Positions 37,821 to 54,943 are shown, counted from the stretch's first letter. The stretch is DNA of 64,000 nt from Phyllobates terribilis (GCF_046119375.1 NW_027362773.1:111228001-111292000); one strand, 5' to 3'. The notes: generated by a model from the sequence alone, not told the origin. Translations and numbers: made by a program.

Positions 37821-38467
37821 GTCTTTTGGCAAATGACCCTTTTTTGGCTATAAATATATATATATATATATTTTTTTTTTTTTGTGAAATTATTCCACAG
37901 CTAAGAAACAGCTAACAGCTTATTCCACAGTTAAGAAAATATTAACTAGCAAGTTTCTTAATTTAGCAAAGTCTTAAGGGGGGGTTACAAACTGAGGTTT
38001 TCTTTTTTCTCTTAGAAAAATTTTGCAGAGTTTCTGCTCCAAAAACTCCACAGAATAAAAGAAAAAAAGAACTTCAAAAACGCACCTTAATAAATCAGCA
38101 TCATCATTCATTCAAGGTAGCAGTGGCATGATGCCAGAGGTGGGTGGGTGGAGTAGTATTCGGCAAGCTCCTGGCAGCAATGATATGATATAAGTAGGGA
38201 TGAGCGGACCCGTGGAAGTTCGGGTTCAACCGAACTTTAGTCTAAATTTCGGTTCAGGTGCCAGAACTGTACCTGAACCCGAACCCCATAACAAATCAAT
38301 GGGGACCCAGACTTTGGAGCTGGAAAATCTCTCTCGTTCAGGTTTGCACCTCCTGTAATGATAAGCTAATGAGAGGACAAGGAGGGGAGGGGGCCTATTC
38401 ATGTTGTCCAACCACTTATATGCCACAGGCAGTAGTGAAAAATAAAAACTCCCAGTGCATTTCTATA

Positions 38468-40167
38468 CACTCCCTGACAGAAGTCGCTTATCCATGTTAT
38501 GTAAATGAAAGCTTATAACCGGACGTTAAATTCATCCATTGTTTTTATAAATTACTCTTTTGAAAGCTGAAACCCTCCCAAATTTGGTTTAGGTTAAGAA
38601 AATAAATTGGCAACAATGCTGAAATATTGATCATTTAATGAACACAGAATGGTCAGATTTTGGCAAGACATAAGTTTTGTCGCCCACAGAAAGTAATGTG
38701 ATATTCTAACAAATAATTATCTTAAAATACAAATATATGTTGCATAACATTGGTGAATGAAGTTGTGGTGCTAGTAGAGTCATATTTAATATTTTGTGTG
38801 ACTTCCATGAGCTTGAAGGACTGAATCCATGCGGTTCAACAATGATTCATACAATTTATTAATGAAGTCATCAGGAATAGCAGAGAATGCCGTCTTACAT
38901 GCCTCCCAGAGTTCATCTAGATTCTTTGGTTTTGTCTTCCAAGCTTCCTCCTTCATCCTACCCCAAACATGCTGAATGATGTTCATGTCTGGTGACTGGG
39001 CTGGCCAGTCCTTGAGCACCTTGATCTTCTTTGCCTGGAGGAACTTTGTTGTAGAGATGGATGTATGAGATGGAGCACCATCCTGCTGCTGAATTTGACC
39101 CCTTTTATGATTTGGAATGTAAGAGGTAGCTAATACTTCTTGATATTTTAGGCTATTAATATTGCCTTCCACCTTGCAGATGTTTCGCACACCCCCATAC
39201 TGAATGTAACCCCAGACCATGATCTTTCCACCACCAAATGTAACTTTTCTGGGTGTATTTTGGATCCATACGGGCTCCAGTAGGTCTCCTGCAGTATTTG
39301 CGGCGGCTGTGGTGTAATTCTACTGAAGATTCATCAGAGAAATCCACCTTCTGACACTTTTCCTGTGTCCACCTGTTTAGCAGGCTGTGGGACTTTGCAA
39401 ATGCCACACGGGTTTTTATTTGCCTTTTGTTTAGTGTTGGCTTCTGGGCACTGATTCGACCATGGAGGCCATTTCGAGACAGAATCCTACAAACTGTTCT
39501 AGTTGACACAGGGACTTGAGGTGACCAGGCCTGTTGGAGCTCTGCTGCAGTGGAAGAGGGACTTGCTTTGGATTTTCTAACCAACAAACGTTCCTCCTGA
39601 GCAGTTGTCTTGTGGGGTCTGCCGGACCTCAGCTTGTCAAACACATCTCCAGTCTCTTCTAATCTTTTTTTAATTCTTTGTACTTGACGCTGAGACACAT
39701 TAAAGGTGGCAGCCACCTCTGCAGTGGATCTGGTCTTCAGCCTCTTGATAATCAAGGCTTTGGTCGCAGGGTGGATGTTTGGCATGTTGTCAGAGCTCAA
39801 GTTGCAGTTCAAGTGAAGGTCGCAGGGTGCTGGGTTTCTTTTTATACACACCCACTAATTAATCGATCATTTACTGAGCACTGGTGAGGATGTAAACTAG
39901 GATTATATGACCAGGCGACAAAACTTTTGTCTTGCCAAAATCTGACCATTCTGTGTTTGATTAAATGATCAATATTTCAGCATTGATGCCAACTTATTTT
40001 CTTATTATTTCCTAAACCAAATTTTGGGAGGGTTTCAGCTTTCAAAATAGTAATTTATAAAACCAATGGATGAATTTAGCATCAGGTTATAAGCTTTTAT
40101 TTACATAACATGGATAAGCGACATAATTTTCTTGGAGGGGGTGGGGTAATACACTCCCTGACAGAAG
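38468..40167 (-). mobile_element. Tc1 element with frameshifted transposase; right TIR tip inverted
   Basis: TA|CACTCCCTGACAGAAGT left end; ORFs 39156..39851 and 38786..39220 (FSDES, QQDGAP, SPDMNIIQHVW with the catalytic E changed to Q). Confidence 0.92.
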
Positions 40168-40785
40168 TTATTTTTTTCACATTTAGTATGTTAGACAGTT
40201 TTCGTGCTTTGTAAGGGCAGGTGTAGACCCCTCTTCTCGTATTCTCTGATCTAAGAAAAAATGTCCGATTTATGCAGATCAGGCTGATCAGGGGGGGGGG
40301 GGGGGGAATCAGTGTTTGTTTGTTTTTTTCTCTCTCCCACCTTCTCCAGTCTGTCAGTGAAAATCGGACAGCACTCTAGCATCATATGTGCGGTCCAATG
40401 TTTTCCATAGACTTGCATTGCTGATTATGATCCGACACTCAGCTCAAAATCGGGTATGTCAACGCCTAAAGTTTAGTGGTTTACTGGGAAAGGGGTGTGA
40501 CCTAATGTGCGACACAACATATAATTTTGGCCACACTAAGTAAGCCAGCTAATAGGGGGGTGTACACTTGGCGGTTCATGTGGTCTGGTAAATCTGATAA
40601 ATATGGAGTATTTTAACACAGTCTAGTCTAAGTTTTCACTGGCTAAGAATTGGATAGTACTAAACTTGGCCCAATGAGGTTTTTTGATCCAGTGGTTGAT
40701 TAACCAGTGATGTTACCAAGACACCCGAAAATCGATGCTGTGGAAGGTGCTGAGTGACTTGATTGGTAAGTTCAGAGACGCAGCA

Positions 40786-41173
40786 CCCCTGAGTGTCCCT
40801 GGCCTGAAGATACCGTTACCGCCCCTGAGATTCCCTGGCCTGAAGATGCCGTTACCGCCCCTGAGCTTCCCTGGCCTGAAGATGCCGTTACCGCCCCTGA
40901 GCTTCCCTGGCCTGAAGATGCCGTTACCGCCCCTGAGCTTCCCTGGCCTGAAGATGCCGTTACCGCCCCTGAGCTTCCCTGGCCTGAAGATGCCGTTACC
41001 GCCCCTGAGCTTCCCTGGCCTGAAGATACCGTTACCGCCCCTGAGCGTCCCTGGCCTGAAGATACCGTTACCGCCCCTGAGCGTCCCTGGCCTGAAGATA
41101 CCGTTACCGCCCCTGGGTGGCCCTGGCCTGAAGATACCGTTACCGTCCCTGAGCTTCCCTGGCTTGAAGATAC
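40786..41173. repeat. 36-bp minisatellite, about 11 copies
   Basis: Unit CCCCTGAGCTTCCCTGGCCTGAAGATGCCGTTACCG, exact 36-bp period. Confidence 0.97.
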
Positions 41174-42416
41174 CTTTCTTCTTGGGTAGTAGTTCCATTA
41201 AACTGCAATTAGTTTTATCACAGACCCAAGTAATACACAAATATATTATCATCGCTGTCCCCATTGGTGCTCACAATCTATATTCCCTATCAGTTTGTCT
41301 TTGGAGTGTTGGGAGGAAATAAGAACCCTACGGAAACCCACACAAACTCCTTGCAGATGTTGTCCTTACTGGGATTTGCATTAAAGTGCTGCAAAACCAT
41401 TGTGCTGTCCACATCCATTTAATGCATACCTTATTAATAAACACCAAGTTTTTTCACAACTCTTATAAACTACAATTAAAGGAGGATTGTATACTTTTGT
41501 GGTCTATTCCTCTTTAATGTGCCATATATTTAAGAGACTTATGGTATAGACTGTACAGAAATTTATGATGAGAATACGTAATACCTGCTGTAGAGCCCGA
41601 GGGGCCAGTGGATGACAGAGAGAATCAAAGAACATCTAAGAAAAAAAAACGAGTTATGGTCTACTCTAGGCATGAAGTAAAAGTTTTTTTAGTTTATTTT
41701 GCTTCAAGGGTTGTTCAATTAAATCTTACTGAAGACTTGACAGTTCAGACAGCACCGCTGGCTGATACTGTGCACTTTTCCATGCTCCAAGCAATGGTAG
41801 CTTTGGCTCTGAAGCATTGGAGGAGTGCGAGGGACTGAAACTGGCCAAATTGTGTGCTCCATCGAGTCTGGCCAGATTTAGAACAGCACTTGTAAGCACT
41901 GCACATGCTCAGCTACCCCTGCAGAGGTGGCTGATAACCTAGATAAAGTGCATACTGAAAAAAAGCCCGCTGTACTTGAGACTGGAGAGGATTTTTTTTT
42001 TTTATCAAGAAAGTTAATTGTTTTTACAATTGTAACCACTACTAATACTGATGCTAACCCCTTTTAAAAATAAGTTTTCTTTAGCTATATGCTCATAGAC
42101 AACCATACGTAATCACTCATACTTGATTCTACCTAGGTCTTTTACATATAAAGGGGTTGTCCAGCCCTGAAATATCTGTAAAGTGGATCTGCCACCAATA
42201 CCTACTACATACATTGTTCATCCTTGAAACTGATGAGGCTGGTGTACTTACTTTGAAAGCCCATGTCCGATATAGTCATGCAATCCTAAAATAAACAAAC
42301 ATACACAAGACAGGGCTGGACTATTATTATGCTTATTTTAATATTGGGCAGGGAAACTATCACAAAAGGAGTATACAAATATTTATTATTATAATCTTTA
42401 TTATTTTATTTACATA

Positions 42417-44007
<1,591 letters not shown>

Positions 44008-45399
44008 TATATTTTCAAAGTAAGTACACCAGCCTCATCGGGTCTCATATATAACTCTTTACCGAAGTATGCAGTTTCTATTGTGAAATCTAATAAGAGA
44101 TCTACTTAAAAAAATAAACATCCATAACGCTTTTGAATAAAATAGTCACCTTACTGATTTCCACTGATACTGTGCTGCAGGGTCCCGGGCAGGTCTTCAT
44201 CCTTTCTGCTGGGTCTCAGCAGACATGACCACTGCAGCTATTCATTAACTGTTGCTGTGATTAAAGGCAAGCAGTGATTGGCTGCAGCAGTGCCATGCTT
44301 GTCCAAACTGAAAAAATAAAGTGCAGTGTTTTTATTTTGGGTGTTTTTTTTTTCTCATGGCTGAACAACCCTTTTAAATAACTGCTCCTTAAAGACCTTC
44401 TATATCATGGGTTAGAAGCCTCAGAAATGATTAAATAATTGTATAATGTACCAACCTTTTTGTCAATCAGCGTTTTATGTGCAGATTTTCCCCATAGAAT
44501 TGCATTAGATGCGGAAAATCAGCAGGTAAAAAAAAGCATGTAATCCGCACATGACTGCGTCAATAAAGTTTTGTCAAAGCCAAAACTCAGGAAGTATAAA
44601 AGTAAAACAAAGCAACTTTATTTAAAACATGACATCACAAAAAAATCAATGTCAAAAACGCAATAAAATGCAAATAAATAATTTACCAAATAAGTGCAGA
44701 AAATCTTCAACATCAAAAACTCGTGAAATACTCATCATGGGAACGTAGCCTTACACAGATGAAAAATGGAAAGTCGTAAATTGCAGCACTCGGAGCCCCC
44801 CCATATTGTGTATTCCAAATCTGTACTGTAAATCTTATGTAAAATGCTGACCACAATAAAAATCCTTTTTGTAACCCTTCAGGCTCAATTTGAAGTGTCT
44901 GGGCGTGTGATGATGCGTGACTCACATGTGAGCGTCAATGGGTTTGTTTATTCAGTCACTATAAGAAAGGAATGTGACAACCTATAAGGTAGAGGAGTAA
45001 AGGCGGGGAGATTAAGCTGCAGATTTTATAGAACTAATATTTTATACACCAAAATGAAGGTCAGACGCTGCAAGGATTTCCCACGGAATTTTACGATTAG
45101 CGGGTACGACATTCCACCGAAGATCCAAACTAGATCTCAACCTGAGGCTTCATGAATTTAAGGAATAGAAGGCGGATTTATAAACTTTACTTGAACCTGA
45201 CTAAGGACTCGGGACTCTTTAAGGGGAATAATGGGGCCCCATAGCTAAAGTCTAACTTGACCCCCTCCAAATATATATAAATAATGTGGTGGGGGTCACG
45301 GGACATACGCACAATCACAGTGAGAGGGACATGCACATAGAAACCACTGAAGCCTCTCAGTGTTTTCACTCATATGATATCCCTTTAATGGACCCCATA

Positions 45400-46115
45400 C
45401 AGTATGAGGCACCCAAAAATGCTTTGCCTCTACAATGGCCACAACATAGTATGAAGCCCCTACTATATCCCTAGCACAATATAATGCTTCACAGTGTCCT
45501 CAATACAGCATAATAAACCCTCTATGCCCCCAACACAGTATGATGCCCCTAAAGTGCCCTCTAATACAGTATGAAGCCTTTACTATGTCCCCAGCATAGT
45601 ATGATGCCCCCAACACAGTATAATGCTGCCTGCATGTCCCCAGCACAGTATGATGCCCCACTGTGCCCCCAACATTGTATGATGCCCCTATAGTGCCCTT
45701 CAACACAATATAATTTCACCCTGTATGTACCCAACACAGTATGATGCCCCACAGTGTCCCCAACACAGTATGATGCCCTTATAGTGCCATTCAACACAGT
45801 ATAATGTTCCCCTGTATGTTCCCAATACAGTATAATGCCCCCAACACAATATGATGTTCCTAAAGTGCCATCCAACGCAATATGATGTTCCTAAAGTGCC
45901 ATCCAACGCAATATGAAGCCATTACTATGTCCCTAGCATAGTATAATTCCTTACAGTGCCCCCAACACAGTATGATGGCCCCTGTATTTACCAGGCACAG
46001 TATGATTTCCCCCTATATGTTTCCAATACATATTCCAATACAGTATGATGCCCCCAACACAGTATGATGCCCCTACAGAGCCCTTCAACACAGTTTGATG
46101 CTGCCGCAGTTCCCC
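45400..46115. repeat. Degenerate minisatellite (CCCCCAACACAGTATGATG-like)
   Basis: Recurrent ~22-bp motif; explains the repetitive minus-strand ORFs. Confidence 0.8.
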
Positions 46116-48539
46116 CACACACATTATGAGGCCCTCCAACAATGGGACTGACAACAAGAAAGTTATCTGCTCAGCTAGCCCCATTTCCCCGATTAGCTAC
46201 TGCGGTCTGTGCTGTGTGTGTCTCCACACAGCAGCCACGATCTTGAGATGTCATCACGCCTGCTGTGTCCAGACTTTTCCACTGTGGAAACTCTGCAACA
46301 GATCAATGCGATGTGCAAATACCTAAATGGTACATGCACACAGGAGTGATATGCAGTGGATACAAAACCCATAGTCCAGTTTCATGAAAAAATTATAGCC
46401 AAAGCCGCCTTTGCTTCAACATAATAAAATAAGCATTACCTACTGCTACTGCTGTCCTTGCTTCTCCAGAGCTGCTCTTTGCTGGTGTTTTTGACAGGTT
46501 GCAGTGATGATTTCCTGTCTACAACATGTGACTTCAACAGCCAATCACTGGGCTCAAAGGTCATACTGACATAGACAGCACATTACAGTTAAGCTAAGGG
46601 ATTGGCTGCAGTGGTCATATGCGAAGACATGACATCCCCATTGAGGCTCTATCAACAAATCCTGATAGGGAGCAGTGGAGGGGTGGCACTGGAATGGTAA
46701 GTGTAATAGTATTACAGTGAAGCCTGTGTGAATTGGCCAAATTTTGAATGAAACGTGATGATAACCCATTTAATGTTCTAATAGTTTATCTCATATTGTT
46801 AATAAAAGCAACAGCTAAAAAATTCTCTTCTGCAGCACAACTATGTCCCTCTACAGCAGGAGCCTCTCCCCTTGCCCCATTTTCAAAAGAACACAAATAT
46901 TTTTAAGTATTGCCCTCTTTCTCTCCAAGTAATATCGGCTGGATGTGAACCCTGGTGTCCAGAGTACAGTGATCTTCATTAGCTCATATATATATATATA
47001 TCAGCATAGCTCTAATTTTGTAGTTATTACTCCTTCATGTGCTTTCATTCTTATATATAGCCAGTTTTATCTGCCCTCCATGAGACTGTACAAGCTTTCT
47101 CCCCAGTCCAGATTGTAGAGATCTGTCTAAAACCCCCTCTCTATTACTCTATTACTTTTCTGTATATTTCCCAATAGCCATTGCATAGGTATGACAGTAC
47201 CATATAGACCCTACACAATACTGCTTTACTGTGCCCCAAAGACAGCGCCCTACAAAATCCCCCCCAAAATAATCAAACATGGCTTAAAAATACTATTTAA
47301 CACTGTCTATACAATAATGCATTTTAGTCTTTGATTGTTTTTACCATATAATGCTTAAGTAATACTGATATTCTGTGCACAAGTAACAATTTTCAAATAA
47401 ATGCCACAGACTGCCCAAAACAGTAGCCAACCAGACTCACCAGTAATTACTACAAAAAAGTGGAAATTTACTTTTTTTTCACCTCTGGGAACCTCGTTGG
47501 TGAATTGTAAGCCAAAATCCTAGCAAGGGAGTTTGTACCAGAAAATAGCTGGATGCTAGAAAAAAAAAATCGACCCAAAATGAATGATTGCTCCTTTTGT
47601 CTGATGGCCTACTGACGAACCTTTGTTATTTTTCTTCAGAAGATTAATCAGGCATGATGGATTTTTTTCAGCCGATGATACAGTATCATTGGCTGGAAGA
47701 ATTCAATGTAGTTTTTTACCCGCTGATGTTCACCGTCCCATATTTTTTACTGTATGTGTATGGTGTCAATAATGTTTTTTTTTTGTGTTTCAGGAAAGTT
47801 GTGTCCCTATTCGGTTTGGTTTAAGAAAACAAACTCTGCTTTATTTACCCTGCCCAGGACCAGTGTTGAGTCTCTGCCGCTGCTCCTGGTGTCTTATTAT
47901 TTTTATTGTCATTATTTAATATTATTAATATTATTATATTATTATTTATTATTAGTTATTTTTTATTATAATTATTAATTATTATTTAATCATGATTTAA
48001 TATTATTATGCTAATTATTTATTATTATCCATGCTGATGTCACATTAACAGCGCTGCAGCAAACAAATGATCACTGCTTGGCTGCAGCGCTGTTGATGTG
48101 ATTTTACTAAGAATTTACTATAAAGGTTGCAGGGGTTCCTTAGAGTCAACAAGGGCCAATAAGTTCCTATTTGGCAGAGAGGATCAATACTACTAAAACC
48201 AGTGATAGTTGGGTGTTGGAGATTTTGTATTGGGGCACAGGAGTACCTAATTTCGCCTTGGCTAAGATTCGATACGAATGACTGAACGCTGAACTGTATA
48301 CAATGAGATGAAATGTATCCGTCTCCTTTACTTTGCTTTTTTACAGGGAAAACCCCATTGTGTGTGAATGCGCAACCGATAATCCGTTAGTGCTTAGTGT
48401 TACAAAGCCCAATGTGAAGGGATCTGTCATAACCACTGAAAGTTTTCTTCCAGGAATCCCAGAAGCTTGACTTGTTTCACAAGTCTCTGCAGAGCAGGCA
48501 TGTGGAGAGAAGAGGCATCGTGAGACACTGCGAAAGACG

Positions 48540-48690
48540 AGGAGGGGAGGAGAAGTGGAAAGATTGAGTGGAGGAGCTGCGTATACACCTTGCAACACCC
48601 TGAGGGTTAGTCACCCTGGGAACGCCCATAGGGGTGGGAAAAACAGGGCGAGAAAGATTCAGGACTCTGTGTCCAGAAGGAAGGCAGAAG
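48540..48690 (+). other. RIN1: Putative RIN1 upstream (5' UTR) exon; start unknown
   Basis: Consensus donor AAG|GTAAGT at 48691, 280 bp upstream of the acceptor TAG| at 48970. Confidence 0.4.
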
Positions 48691-48996
48691 GTAAGTGGGA
48701 CATATCCCGTTGTTCGTTACTTCTGACATGTGCTGTCTTCTATAGTGACCAGACGGTAACGTAAGAGTCGTTATCTCATAAGAATGTACAGACGTAATGA
48801 TTGTCCCGCAGTTCCTGTACTCCACTGCTGAGTAATAAGGAGTTTACTCACCGAACAATATTTCTGAGGTTTTACCAAAGTTCAGCTTGGAAGTATTAAT
48901 CTTTCTGCCTTCACTGTAACGTGACTCTCTAATCCTGTCCCTAAATTCAGAACAAGCATCTTGTACATAGGAAGGGGTCAGGCTGGAATTAACGGC

Positions 48997-49028
48997 ATGG
49001 ACAGCACATCCGAACCCAGTGCTACAAG
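48997..49028 (+). CDS. RIN1: RIN1 putative first coding segment (exon 48971-49028)
   Basis: ATG GAC AGC ACA TCC GAA CCC AGT GCT ACA AG|GTACGG; phase 2 joins the next exon in frame (MDSTSEPSATS-TCEPVYDYP). Little sequence homology to rely on. Confidence 0.55.
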
Positions 49029-49204
49029 GTACGGTATCACATTAATGTGTTCTTGGTTGGGTTGCACGATCATCGGCGCCCTTGTTACTGCTGCAGTATA
49101 ACGGAAAGGATGGGGAACGACTAGTTTCCTCTTTCTAATGCTGACAGCATAAGTGGTTCTCCGAATTGCATATCTCTTGTGCATATTCAAAGTTTGTGGG
49201 ACAT

Positions 49205-49880
49205 AGCCAAGCAGCTGCATGCAGCCTTACATCACCAAGCACAATGTCAAGCGTCGGATGGAGTGGTGTAAAGTCATAAAGCCGCCACCACTGGACTCTG
49301 GAGGAAACGTGTTCTGTGCAGTGACTGATCACACATCTCTCTCTAGTGTCTGATGGATGAGTCTGGGTTTGGTGAATGCCAGGAGGACATTACCCGACTG
49401 CATTGTGCCCGCTGTACATTTTGGTGCAGGAGGATAATGCTATGGGCTTGTTTTTCAAGAGTTGGCCTCTGCCCTTAGTTCCCCTGAAGGGAAATCCTAA
49501 TGCCCCAGCAGATGACATTGTGGAAAATTAATCTTCGACTATTGTGGAAACAGTTTGGGGAAGACCCTTTTCTGTTCCCCATGCACAAAGTCTATAAAGG
49601 CCATGGTTGGGGGAGTTTAGTGAAGAACATGACCATCCGGCCGCACAGAGGCCGACCTCAACACCTTTGGTATGAACTAGATCGGAGATTGTGATCTCGG
49701 CCTCTTCCCAATATCGGTATCTGACCTCACAAATATTCTTCTGAATAAATGGATAAAAATTCCTACAGACTCACTCCAAAATCTTGTAGAAATCCTTCCC
49801 AGAAATGCGGGAACTGATATAACTGTCCAAGTATGTAGAATAGGAGATCGAAAAAGCTCCTGTGGGTGCAATGTGGTGGG
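49205..49880 (+). mobile_element. Highly degenerate Tc1 remnant
   Basis: Remnants of Tc1 transposase DNA (CACTGGACTCTGGAG...CGTGTTCTG, GGTGCAGGAGGATAATGCTATGGG, CTGACCTCACAAAT). Confidence 0.65.
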
Positions 49881-50376
49881 TACATAATTTTGTTAAAGTT
49901 AGCTTGGTCTGAGTACTCAGTAAATTGACAATATTATCCAGTATTATTCAGAGTATTTGGCCCTTGGTTGATGTGCTGTTTGGGCCATAATACGGCACCA
50001 CCTCTCATATGGATGCCTAAGTGGGGGTCCCCTCTATGTCATCCATATGCCCCATTATCGCATGCGGACAGGTGTTGTCTCATTAAACAACTCATTTATA
50101 GAATTATCATCTTCAACTTATAAAAGTTGAAAAATACAAAAAAACTGTTGCAAAAAAACCCAAATTGAAATAAAAAATAATTACAACTTTTTTAAAAACT
50201 GCAAACACTTGGAAGATTGTTTAGTCTCTTCTTCCTCTTCGGGGCAGGATGCTACCAGGATTGAAAATCACAGACTTGGATTTAACCCCCAAGATATATA
50301 TATATTTTTGAATTTTCCTCTTTGTAACATATATTTATAATTTCCCAAACCAGATGTAATGAGGAAACAATTAAAA

Positions 50377-50589
50377 GAAAATTTTGGGTACTCACTGTAA
50401 AATCTCTTTCTCGTAGCCTTCATTGGGGGGGGACACAGGAAACCATGGGACTAGAGCCTGTGGCTCAGTAGCTTTACTCGAACCCACAACCTTCAACATT
50501 ACAGGCAGGAGCTAAAGCTACTGAGCAGCAGGCTCTGGTCCCATAGTTTCATGTGTCCCCCAATGTCCCCCAATGAAGTGATAGAGAAA
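50377..50589 (-). mobile_element. Miniature DIRS-like element consisting only of inverted termini
   Basis: Minus strand reads TTTCTCTATCACTTCATTGGGGGACA... at one end and ...GTGTCCCCCCCCAATGAAGGCTACGAGAAAGAGATTTTACAGTGAGTACCCAAAATTTTC at the other; the arms are mutually inverted. Confidence 0.6.
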
Positions 50590-50884
50590 TACATTTTTTA
50601 CTAACTTGACAGATGAAGAATCATGGACTTATTTATTGGTATTTTTATTTATGGAAAAATGTTCTGGGAAAAGGGATTCTAGTTCCCGGTTCAAAATATC
50701 TAGATATCTAGTTCTCAGTCCCATATGAAAGCAGCTTAATATACCGGAAAGATATAACGTCTATGCACATGTTGTAGATCAGTAGAATTTATGCTAGGAA
50801 CCTCGAGCTGCAAGGGAAAATGCGGTCCATGCAGTCACCATAGTTTGTAATATTTGCTGACTTGGAACCTGTCTCTCTTTGCAG

Positions 50885-51062
50885 TACATGTGAACCTGTA
50901 TATGATTATCCACACCAAAAAAACTCCCGTTCCCCGTCTCCCAGAGGCTCCCCAACATCTCTCAGTGTCTCTGAGAGGCTTCTTCTCACGCAGAGCGTCT
51001 GGCTTCATCTCAGTGTAAATTCGGCCACTGCGTTACACATTCTGCAGAGGGAGCCCCCCGGG
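50885..51062 (+). CDS. RIN1: RIN1 coding exon 2 (start of SH2 region)
   Basis: EPVYDYP...SLSVSERLLLTQSVWLHLSVNSATALHILQREPPG vs recalled human DPLYDVP...SLRERLLLTRPVWLQLQANAAAALHMLRTEPPG; canonical splice sites. Confidence 0.92.
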
Positions 51063-52411
51063 GTAAGTACAGTACCTGCCTCTTGGATTTGGTCTTTATA
51101 AAAGATTCAATTCAGACAGACGCGCTAAGAGGGAAAGAGGAACGGCTATTCTTGAGGAATTCTTAAGTGGAGTCTTATTGGCAAATATCCATGGAAAAAA
51201 GTGTGCAACTTCTATCCCAAATTCTGTCTCGCAAGTGCCACCTAGAGGAGGTAGCCACCCTACTATAAATGAATGTTTGACCCTTTAATGAGCTTTGCAA
51301 CATGACCAGGGATAATACCTAAGCTAGGCACTATAACTGAGCAAAAATTTTGCATAGACCCAGGTTTGGCATCCACGTTGACACCTGTGGCATCCAGACC
51401 AGGGCAGTGCAAACGTCCTCGGCCGGCACTCGATGGCCAGGATCTGGGGCACCTCTTGTGATTGCTAGAAATAATGTCCAGTGACATCTAGTCACGAGGT
51501 CTCAAGAGACGTCATGAAACGCATCATGTCGTGATGACACAGGAGCCTAGGTGCCCAGGTTGCCGGCAATCGATTGCCAGCCGAGGAAGTCCGCACTGAC
51601 CACCAGCACCAATGTGGACATCAGACCAGGTTCCTGCTAATCTTTTTCCTCAATGCTACCAGGCATGATCCATCTATAGACAGCTGTTTATTGGCGTTCT
51701 TCAGCGTAGAGCAGTAGGTGACACTTGCTAGAAAAATTGTCATTACTTCTGGGAGAGAGCAAAGTTTTCACACTGCAGAAACTTTGACTTAGAAGTTACA
51801 CTGGATAAATAGGATCAATGTAAATACTGATAGCCTACATAGGAGACCAGAGCCTCATGGCAAAGAAAAAATCAGGTGCTACTTGATACCGTTCCACACC
51901 TAAAGTCCAACAAACCTGGAATGGGGTACTTATCTCCATAGATGTACCCCCCCCCCCAAAAAAAAAAAAAATTCTAAAAGTTGATGAAACTGTTTTGCAA
52001 AATTTCTGAAGAATCCAACATCCAACCATTTCACTGCATCAGTGATGGTAGAGGTGTCGGGCAAGCAGGAACCCCTCTAACTTCCACAGACTTTAGCATC
52101 CATTACTTATATATTACACCTTAGTTTTATATGGAGCCATAAGAGGGCTGTCATAGATGTACTGGAGCCCAATGCTGTGCCCTCTGCACGTCCTCAATGT
52201 CATACGGAAGCAAAAAGAATAAAAAAAAAAAGTGAGAATATTTTTGTAGGTATGGAGTCTGGTGGTTGTTTTATGTTGGTGCACGAATGCTGTACTGTTC
52301 TGTACTAAAGAAGTCATACATGCTCCGAGCCCATGTACATGTCCCTCAACATACATGTAGAGGGGGATTTATGGTGACCATGGAGAAATAACTAGCACCA
52401 GTGTAAAGGTA

Positions 52412-54005
<1,594 letters not shown>

Positions 54006-54943
54006 TATATGAATCGTAGATTCAGAAGCCTAATGGACCCAAATATAGTCAATAGAGTATGTTAGGCGCCACAGCAGCAGCACTGTCTGCAGAGAAAGTT
54101 TAGGCAAACCAGTGGTCAATCACCAGTGAGGGAGGAGGGGTGGATCGCTGCACTGAGCCTCTTGGTTCCACCCAGGGTGCACCTAGCACCATAATTAGCA
54201 TATTTGATTAAATTTCAGCTTTTGCAAAACAGAGGCAGCAATTATAACACTAAAGGCGCAATTTTTATAAGGACTGTAAAACCTACGAGGCTATGTGCTT
54301 AGTATATGGTGTCAAGATGTGCTGACAGAATCCCTTATTCACTTTGGAAAACGCTATTTACCTGCAGACATTAATTTGGAAGGTGATAGTGTTACAAAGC
54401 TGCCCGTCCGCCTTACTAAAAGTGCGGCTACCAGGAGAAAATTAACTTATTTCTTCCCGGCAGCCATTAGCTTTCAGTCAAAGGGGCGTGCATAGTCATT
54501 GCATACAGAACCACGCTCACTATACTGTGAATGGCGGCTGTAAGCACGCCCCGCTACTTTGATTGACAGCTTGTTCTGTACAGATGCGCTGCATCAATCA
54601 AAGTGCTGGGGCGAGCATACAGCCGTTGCTTGCAGTATAGTGAGCAATGCTATATGTAGTGACTGTAAACGCTCCGTGCACACCCCCTTGACTGAAAGCC
54701 AGCGGCTCCTGGGAGGAAATAGGTTTATTTTTTCCCAGTAGCCGCACTCTTAGTAAGGCGGATGGGCAGCATTGTAATGTATTGATCTGCAGGTAAATAG
54801 CGTTTTCCAAGGTTACCGGTTCCCTTTAAGTAACAGACCAGAGCCTAAGTGATTGGTTTTTTTTACCTAATTTCTGATAATCAGTGTTTCCTTGTTTGCT
54901 GTATTCATGTATAAATGAACTGACCAAAAATTTTAACTTACAG

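Noticed and set aside
44940-45300. Non-repetitive-looking intergenic segment as a possible small gene or retroviral remnant
   Set aside because: All frames close quickly and no motif was recognised.
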